Shown one piece after another: positions 25,085 through 33,070 of a stretch of 33,070 bases of DNA (position 1 is its first letter; every line of letters starts with the position of its first letter). The DNA comes from a virus (Duplodnaviria; Caudoviricetes). The stretch lies in the IMG/VR virus record IMGVR_UViG_3300012286_000260, positions 1 to 33,070 of that record; one strand, given 5' to 3'. A program made the position numbers and the translations under genes. Below the pieces are notes generated by a model that worked only from the letters and a program-made list of their open reading frames with translations, had not been told where the DNA came from and did no database searches.

Positions 25085-27967
25085 ATGAAATCAAAATATA
25101 CTAGCGGTAAATCTGTTGCAAAGAACCCAACGGTAACCATTAGTGTTGATGATCCAAGAGCAGCATGGAACAAGATAGTTCAAACAAGATCTCGCCAAGG
25201 AGCAGAAATTGATCTGCTTGGTTTAAACGGCAAGGCTCTTGTTGCTGGAGGTAGCAGTCTAGAGAATCCAACAAATAGTTCAGGACCAGTTGCACCACCA
25301 GACTCTACCGAAAAAGTTGTAGTTCCACCCATGAATGGTAGATCTTCTTATGTAATTGATCAAGCATTTTTGTCTCCAACATCAGTATCAAACATAGTGG
25401 CAGATTGGTCTGGAGATGATTTAGTAATAACATTTGACTGGGACTATGAGAATGTAGATAATCAGTCAGCATCAGAATTTATAGTTGAGCTAAAAGTTGG
25501 AACAACAATTAGTCAAACTCCTCTTCAGTCATTTTTGGTAAATAGAACACAGACCGCTCAAACTGTAACTGTAACAAAAGCAATGAATAAAGCTATGTTT
25601 GGTATTCAACAAACTGCCTTTACTACTATCTGTATTTTTGTTGCTGATCCATTTTATAATTTAAGTGAAAAAGTTTGTGCTGCAACTGTTCCAGAGTATA
25701 CATTAAACTTACCAGTTCCAGAAATAACTGTTACAGCAATAAGCAATGGATACAGTGTTGCCTATACAGCACCAACAGACCCAGCATATAACTCTATTGA
25801 AGTTGTTGAGTATGAGTCTACAGATTCATCAGCACCAACAAATGTTACATACTCAAGAACATATTTTGGAACTGTTAGCCCTGCAAATGTTATTGTTCAT
25901 AACTACAATGCTCGTTGGGTAAAAGCAAGATATCATTCAGACTCAGGGGCAACAACAGATTTTTCAACGGCATACCAAGTTACACCAACAAGCCCAGTAT
26001 CAGTAGACCTAACACCCCCTAATGAGGTAGCAAGCGTATCTGCAGCATGGTCTGGAGATAAGATCATTGTTAGCTATACCCTACCATCTTCAAGTCCAGC
26101 AGCTAGAATCCAGATACAGCTAACTGCACCAAATAGTTCTATCGGATATTTTTATGCATTCCCTACAGGATCTGGAACAAGTCAAACTCATACGATCACA
26201 AAGTCAGAGCTAGGCTATCAGTTTGGTACACACTACAGCTCGTATACTGGAGTATTAAAAAGTATTGATGCAAACGACAACAGAAGCTCTGGTGTTTCAT
26301 TTTTAGTTCCTGCAAGAACTAATCCACTGCTTGGTGTAGTTCCAACATTTTCTACTGTACCACTTTCTAATGGTTACTCTGTAAGCTACACACTTCCAAC
26401 AGGAGCTCAGTTTGCAGAAATTTATGCAAAGCATACACCTTGGTCAGGAGATCCTACAAATGATGAATATGTTGTCTATGCAGGTTTACCTCCAGCCATT
26501 GTTACTGACACAGACTACACAACAACCTATATAAAAATTCGTTACTATGATGACTTTGATAATACATCCAGTTATTCTTTAGAAGGAACAGTTACACCGC
26601 TTAATCCAGGAGAGATAACCTCTTTTGAAAATCCTATAACCTTTGGAGAAAATGCAGTAATCTATGCTGGCAATAGTCCAACAGAGGGAACTAGAACTCT
26701 ATTTAAATCTGGAGGTATCTTTGCTTACGATGCAACAAATACTTCTCCATCAACACAGATAGTTTCTAATGCTTCAGCAGGTACTCCTACGTTTATCACT
26801 ACTCAGGCTCAAATCGCTGATTGGAAAATATCAAGCACAAAGATTGAAAATACCTTGTCTGGAATACCAAGTAAATATACAGGACTTTCATCAACAGGGC
26901 CTTATTCTTTTTGGGCAGGTAGTGATGTATCTGGCGGTAACTCAGATGCTGACTTTACTGTTACAGCTGGTGGTGCAGTAACAGCAAGAAACATTACAAT
27001 TATTGGTAATGGAAATGCATCAAGTAATCTTATCAACGCAGGTGGACTATTTACAGTTAAAAATGATGGAACCTTTACAGCAACGGGAGCAAGCCTATCT
27101 GGAACCATCTATGCACAAGGGGGACAGTTTAATGGAAATGTCCTTCTCAATGGCGGAGCTCTTTACGCACCTGGAACTGGTGGCACAGCTAATAGCGGAA
27201 TAAGAACAGTATTTAATTCTTCAGGAATAGCAGCATTTAACGACGATGGGGGTTATGCACAAATGCTTACAACCCCACTTGCAAATGGTGCAGTGTTTTC
27301 AACTACAGCAGCAGACATTGGTGGATGGGAAGTTACATCTAGTAAAATTCAAAAAATGTCAATAACTGGCAAAGGCAACATTATTCTTGATTCAGATAAT
27401 GGGTATATTGCTGTATCTAATTCATCTGTTGCTACTTACCTTGCAGGAATTAATAGCCCAGGAACTGATCCAGCAAGCTCTGTATTTTGGGCGGGAGATG
27501 GAACAGGACCAAACGACACAGCAAACCCATTTAGAGTAACACTAGCAGGTAAACTATATGCACAGAGTGGACAGATAGGTGGCTCATCTAACTACTGGGA
27601 CATTACTGCAGATGGAATTGAAGCTAAGGGTAGCGGACATATTAAGATTGGTAACTACGTAATCAAAGCAGATAGTACTTCAGAGTTTGCTATTTTTTAT
27701 AAAAATCCAACAACAAATGCAGAGTCTTCTGTTTTGCTAACAAATACCATTGCTGGATATGATAGAATATATCTAGGCCAAACAGGTCGTCAGGTTGAAG
27801 TTGCAAAAAATGCAGAAATATCAGGATCGTATAGTGGAAGCGATCAGGACTATCGCTCAGGTGGGTTAAGAAATATGTATACAATTACAACAAGTCAGTT
27901 TACAGCAAACCCAACTGCGTTTCCAAATGCAGGCACTGGTGCAGTTCTTTTAGTGTATACCCCATAG
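25085..27967 (+). CDS. tail fibre/minor tail protein with FN3/Ig-like domains and beta-repeat shaft (960 aa)
   Basis: Paired repeats WSGD..V and SNGYSV.YT.P; shaft repeats IADWKI/IGGWEV and FWAG...F.VT..G. Confidence 0.75.
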   Translation: MKSKYTSGKSVAKNPTVTISVDDPRAAWNKIVQTRSRQGAEIDLLGLNGKALVAGGSSLENPTNSSGPVAPPDSTEKVVVPPMNGRSSYVIDQAFLSPTSVSNIVADWSGDDLVITFDWDYENVDNQSASEFIVELKVGTTISQTPLQSFLVNRTQTAQTVTVTKAMNKAMFGIQQTAFTTICIFVADPFYNLSEKVCAATVPEYTLNLPVPEITVTAISNGYSVAYTAPTDPAYNSIEVVEYESTDSSAPTNVTYSRTYFGTVSPANVIVHNYNARWVKARYHSDSGATTDFSTAYQVTPTSPVSVDLTPPNEVASVSAAWSGDKIIVSYTLPSSSPAARIQIQLTAPNSSIGYFYAFPTGSGTSQTHTITKSELGYQFGTHYSSYTGVLKSIDANDNRSSGVSFLVPARTNPLLGVVPTFSTVPLSNGYSVSYTLPTGAQFAEIYAKHTPWSGDPTNDEYVVYAGLPPAIVTDTDYTTTYIKIRYYDDFDNTSSYSLEGTVTPLNPGEITSFENPITFGENAVIYAGNSPTEGTRTLFKSGGIFAYDATNTSPSTQIVSNASAGTPTFITTQAQIADWKISSTKIENTLSGIPSKYTGLSSTGPYSFWAGSDVSGGNSDADFTVTAGGAVTARNITIIGNGNASSNLINAGGLFTVKNDGTFTATGASLSGTIYAQGGQFNGNVLLNGGALYAPGTGGTANSGIRTVFNSSGIAAFNDDGGYAQMLTTPLANGAVFSTTAADIGGWEVTSSKIQKMSITGKGNIILDSDNGYIAVSNSSVATYLAGINSPGTDPASSVFWAGDGTGPNDTANPFRVTLAGKLYAQSGQIGGSSNYWDITADGIEAKGSGHIKIGNYVIKADSTSEFAIFYKNPTTNAESSVLLTNTIAGYDRIYLGQTGRQVEVAKNAEISGSYSGSDQDYRSGGLRNMYTITTSQFTANPTAFPNAGTGAVLLVYTP

Positions 27968-27974
27968 GACTAAC

Positions 27975-29855
27975 ATGGCGATTAAGATAAAGGATGCTTT
28001 GGGTGATTGGAAAGATATTGCCTCCGCATACATTAAAGGGGCTACAGGAACCTGGAGAGCTTTATCTGCTGGATATATAAAAGCTTCAGACGGATGGAAG
28101 CAGTTCTTCTCTCTATCTGCCCCCTACATTCAATACTCTGTAACTATCTCATCATCAAGCTCAACAACCCCATCCGTATTAACTGGAACAAATTATCATT
28201 GGTATGGGGTTTCAGAAAACCCTAAATATTTATTTCAAAAGTCAGCAGATGGAACAACATGGACTGACATAGGAACTGAAACCACAATTTCAAACCCCTC
28301 TACTGGTTTATCAAATACCGTAACATATACAACTAAAACCTCTGACTTTACTCAAAACGATATGTATTTCAGGTTTTCTGTATTTGGAGTAAATGGAGCA
28401 GGGGTTATTTATACATCTTCAAGTGACTCTGTAATGGTTTCTTTAAGCTCAACCCCACCTCCTGTAACTCCTCCTCCACCAGTTACACCTCCATCGCTTC
28501 CTGCATGCCCAGGACAAACTACAAATCCAGCAGCCTATACATGTGCTGACCTTGGGCTAACATTGCTTGGAAATTCAACTCAGTATAATATTAATGCTGG
28601 GTATCAATGTTGTGGAGATCCTCTTCCTCTTGAGACTGGATTAACTCCAACAATATCAGCTGGAACCTACGTTACTTCTAGTAGTGTTAAATTTTCTGTT
28701 ACAAATTATAATAATTTATTTACATTTACTCCAACAACATATACTCCAAGTGGAACATTGATTAGTTATACAATTAGCTCTTCTGTTATAAGTTCAACCC
28801 AGATAGACTACACTGTTTCTGGCATTACACAAACGGGAGTAACTCTAAGAGTAACTACCTCAAGAACTGGATACACAACAGAATATAGCGAACAAGCTTA
28901 TTCATTTCCTCCTAACTATCCAACAGATGTTACTCCAACTGATGGACCTCAAAACTCAACAAATACTGCAAGAAAATTAACAGTGTCATGGACACCAGTT
29001 TCAGGAATAAACAGGTACATGCTTGCTATTGCTCCAGTAGGTCAGTTTAACTGGGCATATTTTTACAACATTAGCAATCCTTATACAACATCAGGGTATT
29101 ACGATGTTGGGGTTGAACAAAAAATGTATATCTATGGAACAGATTCTCAGGACAATATCATTAATGGATCACAGTCTTCTGTAGCATACTGGATACCGCA
29201 AGCTTATGTGGCTCCTCCTGTAACCCCACCAGTCACGCCACCACCAGTGACTCCGCCTGTTACTCCACCACCAGTTACTCCACCAGTAACGCCTCCACCT
29301 GCAACATTCTCAATTACATCTACATCTTCAACATCAAGTAGTGTTACATTTGGCTGGGCTAATGCACCAGCTCTAACAGTAATGTATGGAGTAAGACTTA
29401 ACAGTGGAACAATTTCTACAGTTACCACAACATCTCATACTTTTTCAGGTCTTACTGCTTCAACACAATATACTGTTACAGTATACGCAAGAGATTCTTC
29501 TGCAAATACACTGGACTATGCAACTACAACAATTACTACAACTGCTGCTCCTGTAACCCCACCCGTAACCCCACCGTCAGTCACACCTCCAGTCACTCCT
29601 CCTGTAACACCTCCCGTCACTCCTCCTGTAACACCTCCCGTCACTCCTCCTGTAACACCTCCTGTAACACCGCCCGTTACTCCTCCTGTGACACCTCCTG
29701 TAACTCCTCCTGTAACTCCACCGCCCGTACAAACTGGAAGTTTATGTACTACTTTGGATGTTAGAACTGGTACATGCAGGGCAACTGGTTGCGATAATGG
29801 AGGCTGTGCTAGTGGTGATCCATGCTTCTCAGCAGCAAGCAATAGGTGTCGCTAA
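27975..29855 (+). CDS. Pro/Thr-rich fibre/adhesin-like virion protein with FN3/Ig-like domains, (VTPP)n linkers and Cys-rich modules (626 aa)
   Basis: N-terminal IK...G.W repeats; FN3 motif HTFSGLTASTQYTVTVYARD; 22 VTPP units; 4-Cys and 6-Cys modules. Confidence 0.75.
   Translation: MAIKIKDALGDWKDIASAYIKGATGTWRALSAGYIKASDGWKQFFSLSAPYIQYSVTISSSSSTTPSVLTGTNYHWYGVSENPKYLFQKSADGTTWTDIGTETTISNPSTGLSNTVTYTTKTSDFTQNDMYFRFSVFGVNGAGVIYTSSSDSVMVSLSSTPPPVTPPPPVTPPSLPACPGQTTNPAAYTCADLGLTLLGNSTQYNINAGYQCCGDPLPLETGLTPTISAGTYVTSSSVKFSVTNYNNLFTFTPTTYTPSGTLISYTISSSVISSTQIDYTVSGITQTGVTLRVTTSRTGYTTEYSEQAYSFPPNYPTDVTPTDGPQNSTNTARKLTVSWTPVSGINRYMLAIAPVGQFNWAYFYNISNPYTTSGYYDVGVEQKMYIYGTDSQDNIINGSQSSVAYWIPQAYVAPPVTPPVTPPPVTPPVTPPPVTPPVTPPPATFSITSTSSTSSSVTFGWANAPALTVMYGVRLNSGTISTVTTTSHTFSGLTASTQYTVTVYARDSSANTLDYATTTITTTAAPVTPPVTPPSVTPPVTPPVTPPVTPPVTPPVTPPVTPPVTPPVTPPVTPPVTPPVTPPPVQTGSLCTTLDVRTGTCRATGCDNGGCASGDPCFSAASNRCR
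28452..28493 (+). repeat. Pro/Thr tract 1 (TPPPVTPPPPVTPP)
   Basis: Read from the translation. Confidence 0.85.
29214..29300 (+). repeat. Pro/Thr tract 2 (6 VTPP units in a 9-aa VTPPVTPPP period)
   Basis: Read from the translation; synonymous codons vary between units. Confidence 0.9.
29550..29729 (+). repeat. Pro/Thr tract 3 (14 VTPP units, 12-nt period)
   Basis: Includes the 24-nt unit GTCACTCCTCCTGTAACACCTCC(C/T) three times at 29592-29663. Confidence 0.92.
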
Positions 29856-29856
29856 T

Positions 29857-29885
29857 TTGACAATGTTTGGATATTGGTGTAATAT
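29857..29885 (+). promoter_or_regulatory. sigma70/SigA-type promoter TTGACA-N17-TAATAT
   Basis: Perfect -35 at 29857-29862, 17-nt spacer, TAATAT at 29880-29885; SD AAAGGAG before ATG 29903. Confidence 0.6.
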
Positions 29886-29902
29886 AGTATTAAAGGAGAA
29901 AA

Positions 29903-30307
29903 ATGTTAACTGATTGGGAAATTGAGTTTATTCCTGAAACACCACTAGAGGATTCAATAGCTCTTGTCTGGGTAATTGATGGGCAGTGCTTATATGATTT
30001 ACCATTGTTAAGTATTCATGCACGAATGTTTTTGGAGCATGATGATGTGATTGATATATCAGATGAGTATCCAGAGCATGATGGAATTACTGTTAGATTT
30101 ATGAAAAATAATGAAGTAATAGAAGAGTTTCAAACATCTGAATACTTTGGTTCTATACTTTTAAGTAATCCAGAACTATTTGATTTATCATTATATCCAT
30201 ATGGGCGATATGTAAGGTCTCCTAATGCTACCTTTGATGGGGAAAAATTTACTATAACTAATAGGGATATGACAGGATTAATGGAGTGGTATCCAAATAA
30301 TGTCTAA
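29903..30307 (+). CDS. hypothetical acidic protein (134 aa), possibly fibre-associated
   Basis: Good SD; C-terminal ATFDGEKF; follows the fibre gene; no family recognised. Confidence 0.7.
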   Translation: MLTDWEIEFIPETPLEDSIALVWVIDGQCLYDLPLLSIHARMFLEHDDVIDISDEYPEHDGITVRFMKNNEVIEEFQTSEYFGSILLSNPELFDLSLYPYGRYVRSPNATFDGEKFTITNRDMTGLMEWYPNNV

Positions 30308-30530
30308 AAGTAGATGGGAACAATATAGAGAAAAAAATGGAGTTACTCCATTAGATCTACTTAATCCAGCAACTAAAAGTGCTGACAAAGAGGTTGCTAT
30401 CTTAAGAATGCAAACATGTTTATCTTGTCCAGAGCTTATAAAAATTAGTCATCAGTGTAAAAAATGCGGGTGCTTCATGGATATTAAAACAAAACTAAGT
30501 GCAGCAAAATGCCCAATAGGAAAATGGTAA
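30300..30530 (+). CDS. small Cys-rich metal-binding protein, DUF6171-like
   Basis: R...CxxC...CxxCGC...K......CP..KW pattern. Confidence 0.7.
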   Translation: MSKSRWEQYREKNGVTPLDLLNPATKSADKEVAILRMQTCLSCPELIKISHQCKKCGCFMDIKTKLSAAKCPIGKW

Positions 30531-30537
30531 TAATCTT

Positions 30538-31551
30538 ATGAATGTATCCTGCAGCTCTTTATCTCAGTCACAATTTTTAGACTATGACTTTGATTATGTT
30601 TCCGTTAAAAATTTAAGCGTTGATAACGGTCACAAAGATACCATAACTTTTTCTGGAAAGACCTATCTGTTTGCCACATATTCCCATTATGGACACACAG
30701 TTATGGATATTTTTGCTCAGCTAAAAATACTTCAAATAGTACACCCTGACATAAAGCCTGTTTTTTATGAGCAAAGCTCTAAGGGTTTTATGTTTAATAA
30801 TTCTAAAGTTGTATCAGATATGATAAACATATTAGGAGAAAATTCTGAAAATATAATAGATATATCAAAAAATAATTATGTCTTTGAAGAGGTCATATTA
30901 TTTTTTGATATGTGCAATCTTTTTAGTGACGAGTTTTATTCAAAGCATGGAGCGACTAGAACACTAAACTATTTTCCTTTTTGCAAATGTTACATGGGAT
31001 CTGAGCCTTGCGGTACAAGTAAACACTTCAAATATAACTATCTTGCTATAGATACGCTAAGAAAATTTTTATCTCCCTATTTTTCTCAAACTTATGAAGA
31101 AAATGTTTATATATCTAGAGAGCATTACAATGCTAAATGGCTTAATGACATACTCCATTATGCCAACAAGGACAGTCTCTCTGAGGAAGAGAAGCATTTG
31201 CTTTGGGTCTCACAAATACGATACTACAAAGACGAACCGTTAATCCAATCATTCTTTAAATCCAGAGGGTATAAGATAATAAAACCAGAAGAGCATGGAT
31301 TTATTGATCAAATTAAGATATTTAGTAATGCTAAAAGAATAGTCAGCTTATCTGGAACAGGACTATTTAATGCTATGTGGTCAAACTCTACAGCAAATAT
31401 TTTTGAACTAATATCTATACCAGAGTACAAGTATCATTATGAGCAGTTCATAAAGCATGCTGGAGCTAATTATAATAAGGTAGATGTTTACGGTATGTCT
31501 GACTATGATATACTTAAAGTATTAATAAACAATGTAGAGGGGGCATCATGA
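30538..31551 (+). CDS. glycosyltransferase family 61 (DUF563) protein
   Basis: HYGHTVMD, VYISR, GYKIIKPEEHGFIDQIKIFSNAKRIVSLSGTGLFNAMW and IFEL match the GT61 signature. Confidence 0.85.
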   Translation: MNVSCSSLSQSQFLDYDFDYVSVKNLSVDNGHKDTITFSGKTYLFATYSHYGHTVMDIFAQLKILQIVHPDIKPVFYEQSSKGFMFNNSKVVSDMINILGENSENIIDISKNNYVFEEVILFFDMCNLFSDEFYSKHGATRTLNYFPFCKCYMGSEPCGTSKHFKYNYLAIDTLRKFLSPYFSQTYEENVYISREHYNAKWLNDILHYANKDSLSEEEKHLLWVSQIRYYKDEPLIQSFFKSRGYKIIKPEEHGFIDQIKIFSNAKRIVSLSGTGLFNAMWSNSTANIFELISIPEYKYHYEQFIKHAGANYNKVDVYGMSDYDILKVLINNVEGAS

Positions 31552-32123
31552 CCATAGATCTTTCAGTAATAGAACAAGCAAGAAGTGAAAATCGCATTCA
31601 CGTATTTAATAACCCATTCCCTGAACTTCCTTCGTGGGACAGCATATTAACTTTGATTGCAGGATACGTTGAGCAGGATGTGCAAAAGTTTCCAGATAGA
31701 TCGTATCTTTCTCCAGCAAACTTAGAGGAAGAATATTTAAGCTTTGAATTAAAATGTCGTTTTTGGTCAAGACTTGCTTTTCAGTTAAATGATCCAGATG
31801 ACCCATATATATCTGCTATACCAGAACTAAAGCCTGTCACTGACTGGGGACTATCTCAATATTCAAAACAGGTGTATTCTAATAATTTTGGTCTTGTTAC
31901 ATTTATGAAAAACAAAGGTGTGGTTGGAAGTAAACACTATGACATTGTTGATCAATTTCAGTGGGTTGTAAAGGGAGAGATGATCTGGCGCACAGGAGAA
32001 AATTTAGAACATGAGACTCATGTAAAAGAAGGAGATTTTATATTTGTTCCAAAGGGACTAATGCATGAGATTGAAACTTTTAAAGCTCCACGTGCTTGTT
32101 TTAACTTAGTTCTTAGAGATTAA
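31548..32123 (+). CDS. JmjC/cupin-fold 2OG-Fe(II) oxygenase
   Basis: HYD..D.F.W.VKG...W and EGDFIFVPKGLMHE give the HxD...H facial triad. Confidence 0.85.
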   Translation: MTIDLSVIEQARSENRIHVFNNPFPELPSWDSILTLIAGYVEQDVQKFPDRSYLSPANLEEEYLSFELKCRFWSRLAFQLNDPDDPYISAIPELKPVTDWGLSQYSKQVYSNNFGLVTFMKNKGVVGSKHYDIVDQFQWVVKGEMIWRTGENLEHETHVKEGDFIFVPKGLMHEIETFKAPRACFNLVLRD

Positions 32124-32163
32124 TAAGGTTATAAAAACATTTAATTAAAATTAGGGGTGTAAA

Positions 32164-32727
32164 ATGTTTAAAGCAAAAACAATAGAAAACTTTTTGTCCA
32201 AAGAAGATGCTGAATATTTAATTCAAAAAGCAAATGAATCTAATTTATGGGAAAGCGGTGGCAATGAGTTTTGGGATAACCGTGTAATAAATTATGCAAG
32301 ATTAAAAAACTTTGATAAAGAGTCTGCCATCATTCTGCTTGATGCAAATATAAGATGTGGTCAAAGAATAAAAGAAGAGTTTGATCTAGATGTTCCTGTA
32401 TATTCAGACACCTTACAAGTAATTAGGTGGTTTCCAGGAATGGAACAGCACCCCCATGCAGACGACATGTCTAACACTGACATAGTTGGATTTGATCACC
32501 GTGCTTTTGGATCAATAATATATTTGAATGATAATTATGATGGAGGGCACACATATTATCCAAATTATAATTTTGATATAACTCCAAAGGTTGGAACATT
32601 GGCAGTACACCCAGGAGATCCAGAGCATCTTCATGGAGTTACAAAGATTGAAAATGGAATAAGATATACAATTGCATCGTTTTGGACATTAGATAAGGAG
32701 AAAAGCCATGAATGGCCCACACCTTAA
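32164..32727 (+). CDS. prolyl-4-hydroxylase-like 2OG-Fe(II) oxygenase
   Basis: IENFLSKEDA, HAD, SIIYLNDNYDGG, PKVGTL and HGVTKIENGIRYTIASFW. Confidence 0.9.
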   Translation: MFKAKTIENFLSKEDAEYLIQKANESNLWESGGNEFWDNRVINYARLKNFDKESAIILLDANIRCGQRIKEEFDLDVPVYSDTLQVIRWFPGMEQHPHADDMSNTDIVGFDHRAFGSIIYLNDNYDGGHTYYPNYNFDITPKVGTLAVHPGDPEHLHGVTKIENGIRYTIASFWTLDKEKSHEWPTP

Positions 32728-33070
32728 TGATCCAGGATATGAGGTTCCAGAAAATACCATATTAGTTGTTCCAAGCTCACCTGATAATGATGGGTGGTAT
32801 AAAGAGATTATTATGCCACTAAAAGGAGAAGCAAAAAGAGATTGGTTTACTCCACACTTTTACTATTGTTTACCATTAAACATTGGCAACCAGTATGGTT
32901 TTGTAATTAAATCAATGAGAGACTTTGAGATTATTTGGGATGGATCAGAGCGTGATGCTGTTATTACCTTTTTAAATGATGACAATGCAGAGAAGCAAGT
33001 AATCCAAACAGGATTTCCAACAACAAATGCAGAGTCTTCTGTTTTGCTAACAAATACCATTGCTGGATAT
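32708..33070 (+). CDS. DUF6065-like protein, 3' partial and chimeric after ~33016 (absent from the ORF track)
   Basis: Hand translation MNGPHLNDPGYEVPENTILVVP...KRDWFTPHFYYCLPLNIGNQYGFVIKS...IIWDG; no stop before the window end. Confidence 0.65.
   Translation, partial: MNGPHLNDPGYEVPENTILVVPSSPDNDGWYKEIIMPLKGEAKRDWFTPHFYYCLPLNIGNQYGFVIKSMRDFEIIWDGSERDAVITFLNDDNAEKQVIQTGFPTTNAESSVLLTNTIAGY
33016..33070. repeat. terminal 55 nt identical to 27706-27760
   Basis: TCCAACAACAAATGCAGAGTCTTCTGTTTTGCTAACAAATACCATTGCTGGATAT occurs at both sites, offset 5310. Confidence 0.95.

Noticed and set aside
29550-29729. Short-period repeats as a CRISPR array
   Set aside because: No unique spacers; in-frame coding repeat
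29204-29842. Minus-strand GGVT-repeat ORFs
   Set aside because: Antisense shadows of the VTPP codons, with no expression signals
29745-29852. C-terminal six-Cys module as a true EGF repeat and EOGT substrate
   Set aside because: Spacing lacks the EGF C4-x-C5 pattern and the C5-x-x-G-x-S/T-G-x-x-C6 consensus
27706-33070. 55-nt repeat as a DGR template/variable repeat pair
   Set aside because: The copies are identical with no adenine-specific mismatches, no reverse transcriptase is present, and the match runs to the window end

Overview
The window is the morphogenesis region of a long-tailed (siphovirus-like) dsDNA phage, with all credible genes on the + strand. Gene order: portal, HK97-type prohead protease with a nested scaffold start, major capsid protein (MCP), head-tail joining genes, tail tube, two tail assembly chaperones, a TP901-type tape measure protein (TMP), tail tip and fibre genes, then an AT-richer accessory block. 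That block encodes a Cys-rich small protein, a GT61 glycosyltransferase, a JmjC/cupin oxygenase, a prolyl-4-hydroxylase-like oxygenase and a truncated DUF6065-like gene. No terminase, lysis, integrase, tRNA or CRISPR was seen. The most interesting biology is: (1) a Pro/Thr-rich (VTPP)n, Cys-capped fibre-like protein directly upstream of hydroxylases and a glycosyltransferase, a candidate virion hydroxylation/glycosylation system; (2) a gpG/gpGT-like chaperone pair made by gene duplication rather than frameshifting, each gene with its own promoter; (3) a free-standing 80-aa paralog of the MCP N-terminal arm; (4) a recurrent extended -10 motif TGnTAnnnT with near-leaderless starts. Three direct-repeat junctions (1081 bp in the MCP, 1974 bp in the TMP, and a 55-nt end match) look identical copy to copy and are probably library or assembly artefacts. 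All family assignments come from recognising motifs by eye, not from database searches.
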